Source: Treponema sp. (GTDB lineage: Bacteria > Spirochaetota > Spirochaetia > Treponematales > Treponemataceae). Taken from it: 64,000 bases of DNA. The DNA lies in the NCBI GenBank assembly GCA_016296575.1, contig JAEDJA010000008.1, positions 3,921 to 67,920 on the forward strand, in the 5' to 3' direction. The notes under the pieces are model-generated. The model worked only from the letters and a program-made list of their open reading frames with translations. It searched no databases and was not told the DNA's origin. The translations under genes were made by a program, and so were the position numbers. Below are positions 1 to 8,295 of the stretch, one piece after another (position 1 is the stretch's first letter; every line of letters starts with the position of its first letter).

Positions 1-446
1 TCTTCCCACTGGTAAAACAGGTTTACGATATCAATAATATTAAACCTGAACAGTCTGTAATGATGCAGCTTTATCCAGAAATTTACGCTTGTGTTGGATG
101 TAACGCTTGTACAAAAGCCTGTCCACAGAGCCTGAACACAATGCAGTACATTGCTTACGCTCAGCGCGGTGATTACGCAAAATGTGCAGACCTTTCATTT
201 GACTGTGTAATGTGTGGATGTTGTTCTTCACGTTGTCCTGCTGGTATCTCTCATCCACAGGTTGCTGAACTTGCACGCCGTATCAACGGTAAATACCTTC
301 AGCCACAGACACAGCACCTTTTGGACCGTGTTGCAGAAATCGATTCAGGTGCTTGTGAAGAAGCAATCAAAAAATTCGTTGAAATGTCTACCGGCGACAA
401 AGAACAGATCAAAAATCTGTATAACAACCGTGACATTGAAAAGTAA
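1..446 (+). CDS. 4Fe-4S dicluster protein, iron-sulfur partner of the downstream flavoprotein (5'-partial)
   Basis: Two ferredoxin motifs, CVGCNACTKACP and CVMCGCCSSRCP. The frame stays open upstream of the ATG at 60 to the window edge (FPLVKQVYDINNIKPEQSV). Confidence 0.85.
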   Translation, partial: FPLVKQVYDINNIKPEQSVMMQLYPEIYACVGCNACTKACPQSLNTMQYIAYAQRGDYAKCADLSFDCVMCGCCSSRCPAGISHPQVAELARRINGKYLQPQTQHLLDRVAEIDSGACEEAIKKFVEMSTGDKEQIKNLYNNRDIEK

Positions 447-457
447 GGAGACAGAAC

Positions 458-2104
458 ATGTACGGAAATTATCTTGATGACGCAGCTAAAATTGTTGCAG
501 AAAAACGTGAAGAAAACCTGAAATTTGAACATGCACGCCTTACAGCTGATGAAAAAGATCAGATTCTTAAAGAATATCACCCAGACCGCATTACAAGTGA
601 ATTTGTTGAACTGAAAATCGGTCCTAACAAAGGTGAAAAAGCTCCTATCCAGCTGGCTGAAATGCTTCAGGCAAAACCTCGTATTGAACCAGAACACATT
701 GATCTGGCTCATGTAGATTATGAAACAGATGTTCTCGTAATTGGTGGTGGTGGAGCTGGAACTTCAGCTGCAATCATGGCTTCAGAAGCCGGTGCAAAAG
801 TATTGCTTGCAACAAAACTTCGTGTAGGTGATGCAAATACTATGATGGCAGAAGGTGGTATTCAGGCTGCTGATAAACCAAATGACTCACCAGCACAGCA
901 CTATCTTGACTGTTATGGTGGCGGACATTTTGACGGAAAACCAGAACTGGTTTACACACTTACAAACAAAGCTCCATCAGTAATCAAATGGTTGAACGAT
1001 CTTGGTGTTGAATTTGATAAAGAAGCTGACGGTACAATGGTTACAACACATGGTGGTGGAACAAGCCGCAAACGAATGCACGCTTGTAAAGATTACTCTG
1101 GTGCTGAAATCATGCGTACTCTTCGCGATGAAGTATTTAATCGCCCAGATCAGATTACAGTAGTAGATTTTACAGCTGCTATTGAACTGATTAAAGATGA
1201 TAAAGGAAACGTTTGTGGTGCCGTTCTCCAGAACATTGAAACAAATGAAGTTCGCATTGCAAAAGCCAAAGTTGTAATCATTGCAACTGGTGGTGCTGGA
1301 CGTATGCACTATCAGGGATTCCCAACATCAAACCACTACGGTGCTACAGCCGACGGTCTTGTTATGGCTTACCGTGCAGGTGCAAAACTTTTGTACCAGG
1401 ATTCACTCCAGTATCACCCAACAGGTGCTGCTTACCCAACACAGATTCTTGGTAAACTTGTAACAGAAAAAGTTCGTTCACTTGGTGCAAAACTTATCAA
1501 CAAAGATGGTGAAGTATACATCCACCCTCTTGAAACACGTGACGTAAACGCTTCTGGTATCATTAAAGAAGTTAGAAACGGCCGTGGTGTTAAAAATGAT
1601 GTTCAGGATGCAGTATGGCTTGATACTCCAATGATCGAAATGATCCACGGAGAAGGAACAATCCTAAAATCAATTCCAGCCATGTACAATATGTTCATCA
1701 AATACGGTATTGATATCCGTAAGGAACCAATCCTTGTTTACCCAACACTTCACTACCAGAACGGTGGTGTTGAAATCAACTCAACTTGTCATACAAATAT
1801 TGCAAACCTTCTGGTTGCTGGTGAAGCTTCTGGTGGTGTTCACGGAACAAACCGCCTGATGGGTAACTCACTTCTGGATGTAGTTGTATTCGGACGTGAA
1901 GCTGGTATTGAAGCTGGTAAAATGTTCAAAGACATTAAACTTGTAGAAACTTCAAAAATGAACCTTGATCACGTAACAGCCTTCGAAAAAGAAAGAGCTG
2001 CTGCAAAGATTGAAGGGGATGCCGTTTCTCCAAAAGTACTTCCAAGCTACACTCATGGAAACAAAGAATTCGAAAAACCAGGTTTTCCAGGTGCAAGTAA
2101 ATAA
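458..2104 (+). CDS. Fumarate reductase/succinate dehydrogenase flavoprotein-family FAD-binding protein
   Basis: Rossmann VIGGGGAG; motifs MMAEGG, IATGGAG, YHPT, ETRDV, LHYQNGG, HGTNRLMGNSL; SD AAGGAG upstream. Confidence 0.9.
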   Translation: MYGNYLDDAAKIVAEKREENLKFEHARLTADEKDQILKEYHPDRITSEFVELKIGPNKGEKAPIQLAEMLQAKPRIEPEHIDLAHVDYETDVLVIGGGGAGTSAAIMASEAGAKVLLATKLRVGDANTMMAEGGIQAADKPNDSPAQHYLDCYGGGHFDGKPELVYTLTNKAPSVIKWLNDLGVEFDKEADGTMVTTHGGGTSRKRMHACKDYSGAEIMRTLRDEVFNRPDQITVVDFTAAIELIKDDKGNVCGAVLQNIETNEVRIAKAKVVIIATGGAGRMHYQGFPTSNHYGATADGLVMAYRAGAKLLYQDSLQYHPTGAAYPTQILGKLVTEKVRSLGAKLINKDGEVYIHPLETRDVNASGIIKEVRNGRGVKNDVQDAVWLDTPMIEMIHGEGTILKSIPAMYNMFIKYGIDIRKEPILVYPTLHYQNGGVEINSTCHTNIANLLVAGEASGGVHGTNRLMGNSLLDVVVFGREAGIEAGKMFKDIKLVETSKMNLDHVTAFEKERAAAKIEGDAVSPKVLPSYTHGNKEFEKPGFPGASK

Positions 2105-2129
2105 GTTTAAGAGCTTATAAAGGTTAAAT

Positions 2130-2194
2130 AAAAAGGGGATGTCCCAAAAGTAATGCGTGTAGCGCTCATTACTTATTGGGCAGCCCCTTTTTTT
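2130..2194. terminator. Bidirectional intrinsic terminator / palindromic repeat, copy 1
   Basis: AAAAAGGGGATGTCCCAAAAGTAATG...CATTACTTATTGGGCAGCCCCTTTTTTT forms a long imperfect hairpin flanked by A and T tracts between convergent genes. Confidence 0.85.
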
Positions 2195-2234
2195 AGATTT
2201 TTATATATGGAAAAAAATAAATCTATAAAGGATA

Positions 2235-2435
2235 TTATTTTAAAGAAATTTCAAGACTTTTAATTGCAATGTTGGCAGCTTCAAGGAGTTCTGCACTTTT
2301 TTTGATTTTCTTAGCTTTATTCTTGTCAGTTACAACAGCCTGTAAAAGCTGAATCTTTTCCAAAGCCTTATCTAGTTCTTTCGTAGCTGATTTTACAAGA
2401 TCTAGTGTGTTTACTGTCAATGTGTTTTCGCCCAT
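2235..2435 (-). CDS. Small helical/coiled-coil hypothetical protein (66 aa)
   Basis: Good SD (AAGGAG) upstream, amphipathic heptad pattern, 20 nt downstream of the exonuclease gene. Confidence 0.65.
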   Translation of the reverse strand: MGENTLTVNTLDLVKSATKELDKALEKIQLLQAVVTDKNKAKKIKKSAELLEAANIAIKSLEISLK

Positions 2436-2455
2436 AACTTAATCTCCTTTTATCA

Positions 2456-3370
2456 TTATAACATAGCTTTCAGTTCTGCCAAGTTTAAAACAATATTTCC
2501 TCGACTTTCGTACTTTTCCTTTACAGCTTTCAAAATATTTTCAGAATAAATAAAGTAACCGTTCTGACTAACATGTCTTGTAATTACTCCGCCATGATCG
2601 TAAATCAGTTTCGCAACTTCAAAGGCATTTTCCAAATCCTTATAAATTCCCTTATCCAGCTCAAACATCTTCTTTTTGAAAACATCTTTTTTAGGAAATG
2701 GATTTTTCTTATTTGTCAGTTTTTCAATCTTTTCTTTAAGTTCTTTTTTGTACTGACGTTCAGCAACAACTTCCAGCATTTTATCACTGGTTACAGTAAA
2801 ATCATGATACTTTTCATAAAGTTCATCACCTGTAAGACCTAGTTTTTCACAGACCTTTTTAAAACAAAGCATGGTCATTTCAGCATCATCAACACTTCTA
2901 TGAGCTTCAAAAGCTGCTGTATCAATTTTTAAATAGTCGCACCACTCTTTCAGCTTCATCTTATTATTGTAAGACTGATTCAAAATCTTTTGTACATCAA
3001 ATGCACAGAATTGAATATAAGGCACTTCAGAACGTTCACAGGCTGTATTTACAAATCCTACATCCCCATCAACAGCAAAGCCAAAAATCTTTCTGTTTCC
3101 TGTGGTAAATAGCTTTTTTATATCCTTATAATAAGCTCCAAAATCAGGATGAGCACGAAATTCATCTTTTGAGTATGCAAGATGACATGGATTTTTTGGA
3201 TTTAAAATATACCAGTCAAATTCACAGTTTGGATTAATCAAGACATCGTCTTTTTCTATAATATTAAAATCATCATCAGTCAAAACATAACCAAGTGAAC
3301 AGATTTTTCCTTCACCATCAAAACAGTTTGCACATTCGCAGTCAAAAAAAAGATAAGAATTGTGATTCAT
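2456..3370 (-). CDS. DEDDh 3'-5' exonuclease (DnaQ/epsilon-like) with a probable C-terminal BRCT-like domain
   Basis: ExoI FFDCEC and ExoIII HRSVDDA. The C-terminal LIYDHGGVITRHVS...LNLAELKAML pattern resembles BRCT. Confidence 0.8.
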   Translation of the reverse strand: MNHNSYLFFDCECANCFDGEGKICSLGYVLTDDDFNIIEKDDVLINPNCEFDWYILNPKNPCHLAYSKDEFRAHPDFGAYYKDIKKLFTTGNRKIFGFAVDGDVGFVNTACERSEVPYIQFCAFDVQKILNQSYNNKMKLKEWCDYLKIDTAAFEAHRSVDDAEMTMLCFKKVCEKLGLTGDELYEKYHDFTVTSDKMLEVVAERQYKKELKEKIEKLTNKKNPFPKKDVFKKKMFELDKGIYKDLENAFEVAKLIYDHGGVITRHVSQNGYFIYSENILKAVKEKYESRGNIVLNLAELKAML

Positions 3371-3376
3371 AATTTA

Positions 3377-3405
3377 ATTTTACATTCAATGTTAATAAAA
3401 CGCAA
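3377..3405 (-). promoter_or_regulatory. Sigma70-type promoter of the exonuclease gene (probably leaderless)
   Basis: On the minus strand: TTGCGT-17 nt-TAAAAT-6 nt-ATG. Confidence 0.65.
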
Positions 3406-3442
3406 GAAATGTAAGTATTTTCAAATAAAACTTCATTGTATA

Positions 3443-3471
3443 TTGTGATGATTTTGAGAAAGTATTATAAT
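3443..3471 (+). promoter_or_regulatory. Sigma70-type promoter of the AspT/YidE transporter
   Basis: TTGTGA-17 nt-TATAAT, with a GAGG SD before the ATG at 3506. Confidence 0.55.
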
Positions 3472-3505
3472 GAACTATCATATCATAAAATAATGAGGTT
3501 TTATT

Positions 3506-4723
3506 ATGGTACTCTTCGGAGGCATTCTTTCAATCAAAGCAGTAACATTCCTGATTTTCACTGTATTTGTTATCGCTGCTTTAGGTTATTTACTTGGTAG
3601 AATCACTATTAAAGGTGTTTCTTTGGGAACTGCAGGTGTTTTCATCGTAGCTCTTCTTTTTGGTGCTCTTTTGTACAACCCACTGTCAGCCCAGCTTAAA
3701 GTTGGATCAGCCAGTTACGTAACAAATGCACTTAAAATTGTAGAAACAATGGGATTGATTCTCTTTGTAACTTCAGTTGGTTTTATTGCAGGACCAAGTT
3801 TCTTTGGTGATCTTAAAAAGAACTTCAAATCTTACATTCTTCTTGGATTGATTATCATTATCGTTGGTGGTCTTGCCTGTGCAGTTTGTACAATTATTGA
3901 TATTAAAGCTTTTGGTCGTACTCCTGAAGAAGCAGGTGCCATGCTGGTTGGTCTTCTTTCTGGTTCACTTACATCAACTCCAGCTTTCTCCGCTGCAAAA
4001 GCTACAGTAACTTCTGAAGAACTTGAAGCAATTGTTGCTGTTGGACACGGAATTGCTTACCTCTTTGGTGTAATCGGAGTAGTTCTTTTCGTACAGCTGG
4101 TTCCAAAAATGGCTAAAGCCAACATGGAAGAAGAAAGAGCTAAACTTTCTGCTGCAAACCCAGAAACTCCATCAAAACTCAACGGTTCTGAACTTGAACT
4201 GGATCCATTCGGATTCTGTGCATTCTCTATTGTAGCTTATCTTGGTATGATAATCGGATGTTTCAAATTTGGAAACTTCTCTCTTACAACTACAGGTGGA
4301 TGTCTTATTCTTGCTCTTATTGCAGGTCACTTCTCTAAAATCGGAAAAGTATCAATCATGCCAATGGAAGGAACTCTTAAAGTATTCCGTGAGCTTGGTC
4401 TTATGTTGTTCCTTATTGGTGCTGGTATTGCCGGTGGTGCAAGTTTCGTAAAATACTTCCAGTGGGTTTACTTTGTCTACGGCATCGTAATGACTATTGT
4501 TCCAATGATCATCGGTTTCCTTTTTGCAAAATTCGTTTTGAAACTGAACCTTTTGAACAACCTTGGATCAATCTGTGGTGGTATGACTTCTACTCCTGCT
4601 CTTGGAACTCTTATTTCTACTGCAGGAACAGAAAAAGTTGCCGGTGCTTATGCTTCAACTTATCCAATCGCTTTGGTTGCTGTTGTAATCATTTCTCAGG
4701 TACTTATCATTATTTTCAGATAA
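3506..4723 (+). CDS. AspT/YidE/YbjL (AAE family) transporter lacking the central TrkA_C domains
   Basis: Duplicated membrane halves with GSLTSTPAF and GGMTSTPALG, plus GLILFVTSVG and ELGLMLFLIGAG. The inter-repeat linker is short. Confidence 0.85.
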   Translation: MVLFGGILSIKAVTFLIFTVFVIAALGYLLGRITIKGVSLGTAGVFIVALLFGALLYNPLSAQLKVGSASYVTNALKIVETMGLILFVTSVGFIAGPSFFGDLKKNFKSYILLGLIIIIVGGLACAVCTIIDIKAFGRTPEEAGAMLVGLLSGSLTSTPAFSAAKATVTSEELEAIVAVGHGIAYLFGVIGVVLFVQLVPKMAKANMEEERAKLSAANPETPSKLNGSELELDPFGFCAFSIVAYLGMIIGCFKFGNFSLTTTGGCLILALIAGHFSKIGKVSIMPMEGTLKVFRELGLMLFLIGAGIAGGASFVKYFQWVYFVYGIVMTIVPMIIGFLFAKFVLKLNLLNNLGSICGGMTSTPALGTLISTAGTEKVAGAYASTYPIALVAVVIISQVLIIIFR

Positions 4724-4743
4724 TCTGATTTTAAGACATATAA

Positions 4744-4878
4744 GAGGCTGTCCAATAAGTTTGCATTACAGTGGTTGAGTTTACGGTCCCTGAGCCCTTC
4801 GACAAGCTCAGGAACCACCTGTCGAAGGGCTCAATGAGCGCTACACACTCATTACTTTTGGGACAGCCCCTTTTTTTT
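4744..4878. repeat. Palindromic repeat/terminator, copy 2 (inverted relative to copy 1), with a 72-bp nested REP-like insertion
   Basis: The ends GGCTGTCCAATAAGT and AATGAGCGCTACAC..CATTACTTTTGGGACAGCCCCTTTTTTTT match the reverse complement of 2130-2194. Positions 4761-4832 are extra sequence. Confidence 0.85.
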
Positions 4879-4946
4879 GCACAAATATACAATTCAAAAA
4901 TAGAATTATTGTTCTACTTAAATAGCCAATTCGTTATACTGTAATC

Positions 4947-6029
4947 ATGGACAGTTCAAAAAATCAAAAAAAATCTATTTACAAAACTATTATTGATCAG
5001 ATTTCGGGCATTTTTATGCCATTTATTTCAATAATTACCGCCGCAAGCATTATTAAATCTATAATGATTCTTCTTGCACAAACTAAAGCTATTGATTCAG
5101 CATCAGGACTTTATAAGATATTTTACGCATGTGGTGACGGATTTTTTTATTTCCTGCCATTCTTTCTTTGTTTCTCTGCCGCAAAACAATGGAACTGTAA
5201 TCCTTACATAGCACTGCTTATTCCAGTTTCAATGCTTTATCCAGATCTTCTTTCCATTCTTGAAAACAATATTTCTCTTTCATTTTTAGGACTTCCTATA
5301 AAACCTGCAATATATCATTCAAGTGTAATACCAGTGTTACTAGGTGTAGGACTTCTTCATTTTGTTGAAAAACCTTGTGACCGATTTATTCCAGAATACA
5401 TCAGATCATTTTTAAAACCTGTAATCTGCATGATAATTGTTCTTCCACTAACATTCATTTTATTTGGACCAGCAGGAACTTTCATTGGAAATCTTCTTAC
5501 AAAAGCATTCTTCTGGATTTATGATAAAAATGCAATTTTAGCTGGTGCTTTCATGGGATTTTTCATTCAACCAATGGTAGTAATTGGTGCTCACTGGCCT
5601 TTGATTCCTGTTGCATTAAACAATATCAGCGTAAATGGATACGATGTTATAATGCCTCTTTTAGCAGCAGCAGTTTATGGGCAATGTGGTGCAAGTCTAG
5701 CAATCGGACTTATGTATAAAAATATTGAGAAAAAACGAAATGCCTTCCAGTCAAGCTTCTCTTGTGCCCTTGGTGTTACAGAACCAGCACTTTATACTGT
5801 AAATCTTCCACTTGTAAGACCTTTTATTTCAGCTTGTATTGCAGGAAGTATTGGTGGTGCCATTACAGGATGGGCTGGAACTCACTGTATTTCCTTCACT
5901 TTTCCATCATTTCTTACTTGTGTTGCCTTTATCGGTCCTGGATTTATTACTTTCTGCCTTTCTATGGTTTTAGGATTTATTCTTGGATTCTTACTAACTT
6001 ATCTTCAGAAAAATTTTATTATCCTATAA
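4947..6029 (+). CDS. PTS EIIC permease (sucrose/beta-glucoside subfamily), stand-alone
   Basis: ISGIFMP, GDGFFYFLP, YHSSVIP, VIGAHW and LGVTEPALY motifs. No EIIB or EIIA domain. Confidence 0.85.
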   Translation: MDSSKNQKKSIYKTIIDQISGIFMPFISIITAASIIKSIMILLAQTKAIDSASGLYKIFYACGDGFFYFLPFFLCFSAAKQWNCNPYIALLIPVSMLYPDLLSILENNISLSFLGLPIKPAIYHSSVIPVLLGVGLLHFVEKPCDRFIPEYIRSFLKPVICMIIVLPLTFILFGPAGTFIGNLLTKAFFWIYDKNAILAGAFMGFFIQPMVVIGAHWPLIPVALNNISVNGYDVIMPLLAAAVYGQCGASLAIGLMYKNIEKKRNAFQSSFSCALGVTEPALYTVNLPLVRPFISACIAGSIGGAITGWAGTHCISFTFPSFLTCVAFIGPGFITFCLSMVLGFILGFLLTYLQKNFIIL

Positions 6030-6085
6030 GATTAGTAGGATTATAAACTCATTTTATTGAATTTTCCCTAATTTTTCACTATATT
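6015..6085 (+). promoter_or_regulatory. suf promoter with an upstream palindromic operator candidate
   Basis: TTTAT-T-ATCCTA-N9-TAGGAT-T-ATAAA at 6015-6047, followed by TTGAAT(6057)-17 nt-TATATT(6080). Confidence 0.55.
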
Positions 6086-6115
6086 ATAAGTAGAATAATT
6101 ATTATTGGGGTTATT

Positions 6116-6859
6116 ATGTCTTTATTGAATGTACAGAATCTGTGTGCTGGAATTGAAGGTAAACAGATTCTAAACAAACTGAACCTTACAATCAATCCAG
6201 GAGAAACTCATGTACTTATGGGTCCTAATGGGGCTGGAAAATCTTCTCTTGGAAACACTCTTATGGGAAACCCGGTTTACAAAATTTCTGATGGAAAAAT
6301 TATATTCAAAGATACAGATATAACAGAAGAAACAACAGACAAACGTGCTAAACTTGGCATGTTCATGTCTTTTCAGCAGCCTCTTGAAGTTCCTGGTATT
6401 ACTGTAGAAAATTTCATTCGTCAGGCTATTCAGCATAAAACAGGTGAACATGTAAAGCTTTTTCAGTTTCAGAAAGAACTTAAAGCAAAAATGGAACTTC
6501 TAAATATGGATCCATCCTATGCCAGCCGAGATTTAAACGTTGGTTTTTCTGGTGGTGAAAGAAAGAAAAGTGAAATTCTTCAGCTGCTTATGCTAAAACC
6601 GGATTTTGCAATTCTTGATGAAACAGATTCTGGCCTTGATGTTGATGCAGTTCGATTTGTTTCAAAAGGTATAAATGAATACCAGAAAACTCAGAAAGGT
6701 GGTCTTTTGATTATTACCCACTCAACAAGAATTCTTGAATCTTTGCATGTTGATTATACCCACATCATTGTAAAGGGACAGATTATCAAAACTGGTGATG
6801 GAAGCCTGGTTAAAGAAATCAACGAAAAAGGTTTTGAAGCTTTTTTGGGAAACAAATAA
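6116..6859 (+). CDS. sufC: Fe-S cluster assembly ATPase SufC
   Basis: Walker A GPNGAGKS, FSGGERKK, ILDETDSGLDVDA. Confidence 0.97.
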   Translation: MSLLNVQNLCAGIEGKQILNKLNLTINPGETHVLMGPNGAGKSSLGNTLMGNPVYKISDGKIIFKDTDITEETTDKRAKLGMFMSFQQPLEVPGITVENFIRQAIQHKTGEHVKLFQFQKELKAKMELLNMDPSYASRDLNVGFSGGERKKSEILQLLMLKPDFAILDETDSGLDVDAVRFVSKGINEYQKTQKGGLLIITHSTRILESLHVDYTHIIVKGQIIKTGDGSLVKEINEKGFEAFLGNK

Positions 6860-6879
6860 ACTAATAACAGATAAATATA

Positions 6880-8295
6880 ATGAATAACGAAAAAACAAAC
6901 ATACAAGATATAGACCGAACTCTATACGACTTCCGTTATGAAGAAAACGAAAAAGATTTTTATCGCATGGAATCAGGTCTTACTGCTGAAATTGTTACAA
7001 AACTTTCAGAAGAAAAAGGTGATCCACAATGGATGCGGGAGTTCCGTTTAAAATCTCTGGAAATTTATAATACACTTCGCACTCCAGACTGGGGTCCAGA
7101 CATCTCTGAACTTCACATGGAAAATATTGCCACTTATGTAAAACCAAAAACCGATATGGCAAACACATGGGAAAATGTTCCTCAGGATATTAAGGATTCT
7201 TTTGAAAAGCTTGGTATTCCAGAAGCAGAACGCAAATCCCTTGCTGGTGTTGGTGCTCAGTTTGACTCAGAACTTGTTTATCACAATGTTCAGGATGAAG
7301 TTGCCAAACAGGGTGTAATTTACCTGGGATTTGAAGAAGCTCTTAAAAGTGAAGAATGGGGACCAATGGTAAAAGAGTATTTTATGACTCTTGTTACTCC
7401 AAAAGACCATAAATTTGCAGCCCTTCACGGTGCTGTCTGGTCAGGCGGTTCCTTTGTTTATGTTCCTAAAGGTGTAAAACTTTCATTTCCATTGCAGTCA
7501 TATTTCCGACTTAATGCAAAAGGTGCTGGTCAGTTTGAACACACACTCATCATAGTTGATGAAGGCGCTGATCTTCACTTTATTGAAGGCTGTTCTGCAC
7601 CAAAATATAATGTAGCCAATCTTCATGCTGGATGTGTTGAACTTTTTGTAAAAAAAGGTGCTCATCTTAGATATTCCACCATTGAAAACTGGTCTAAGAA
7701 TATGTACAACCTGAACACCAAACGTGCAAAAGTAGAAGAAGATGCAAGCATTGAATGGGTTTCTGGAAGTTTTGGTAGTCACGTTTCATATCTTTATCCG
7801 GAAAGTGATCTTATTGGAAAAAATGCTAAATCTGAATTTACAGGTGTAACTTTTGCAGGTAATGGACAGAATCTTGATACCGGTGCAAAAATGGTTCATC
7901 TGGCTCCAAATACATCAAGTGTAATTACTACAAAATCAATTTCCAAGGGCGGTGGAACTTCAATTTATCGTTCTGCTGTTTATATTGGTAAAGAAGCGAT
8001 AAATTCCAAGGCAAGTGTAAGCTGTCAAAGTTTAATGCTGGACAGTGAAAGCCGTTCTGACACAATTCCTGCCATGCAAGTTATGAATGACTCAAGCGAT
8101 GTAGGACACGAAGCAAAAATTGGACGTATTTCAAATGATGCGATTTTCTATTTAATGAGCCGTGGTATTCCGGAAGACGAAGCAAAAAGCATGATTGTTT
8201 CAGGTTTTGCAAATCCTGTTAGTAAGGAACTTCCTTTGGAATATGCAGTAGAAATGAATAATCTTATTCGTCTTGAAATGAAGGGGGCAATGTAA
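6880..8295 (+). CDS. sufB: Fe-S cluster assembly protein SufB
   Basis: GQFEHTLII, EGCSAP, GHEAKIGRI, FYLMSRG, ELPLEYAVE. Confidence 0.97.
   Translation: MNNEKTNIQDIDRTLYDFRYEENEKDFYRMESGLTAEIVTKLSEEKGDPQWMREFRLKSLEIYNTLRTPDWGPDISELHMENIATYVKPKTDMANTWENVPQDIKDSFEKLGIPEAERKSLAGVGAQFDSELVYHNVQDEVAKQGVIYLGFEEALKSEEWGPMVKEYFMTLVTPKDHKFAALHGAVWSGGSFVYVPKGVKLSFPLQSYFRLNAKGAGQFEHTLIIVDEGADLHFIEGCSAPKYNVANLHAGCVELFVKKGAHLRYSTIENWSKNMYNLNTKRAKVEEDASIEWVSGSFGSHVSYLYPESDLIGKNAKSEFTGVTFAGNGQNLDTGAKMVHLAPNTSSVITTKSISKGGGTSIYRSAVYIGKEAINSKASVSCQSLMLDSESRSDTIPAMQVMNDSSDVGHEAKIGRISNDAIFYLMSRGIPEDEAKSMIVSGFANPVSKELPLEYAVEMNNLIRLEMKGAM

Noticed and set aside
2456..3370. DEDDh nuclease as part of an anti-phage defence system
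   Set aside because: There are no neighbouring defence-type genes (RT, ATPase, cyclase, TA pair), and the context is metabolic.
4744..4878. Possible CRISPR repeat, riboswitch or BglG-type RAT antiterminator upstream of the EIIC
   Set aside because: There is no repeat-spacer periodicity, no cas gene and no RAT or riboswitch consensus. Nested repeats explain it better, and the EIIC -10 candidate lies downstream of it.
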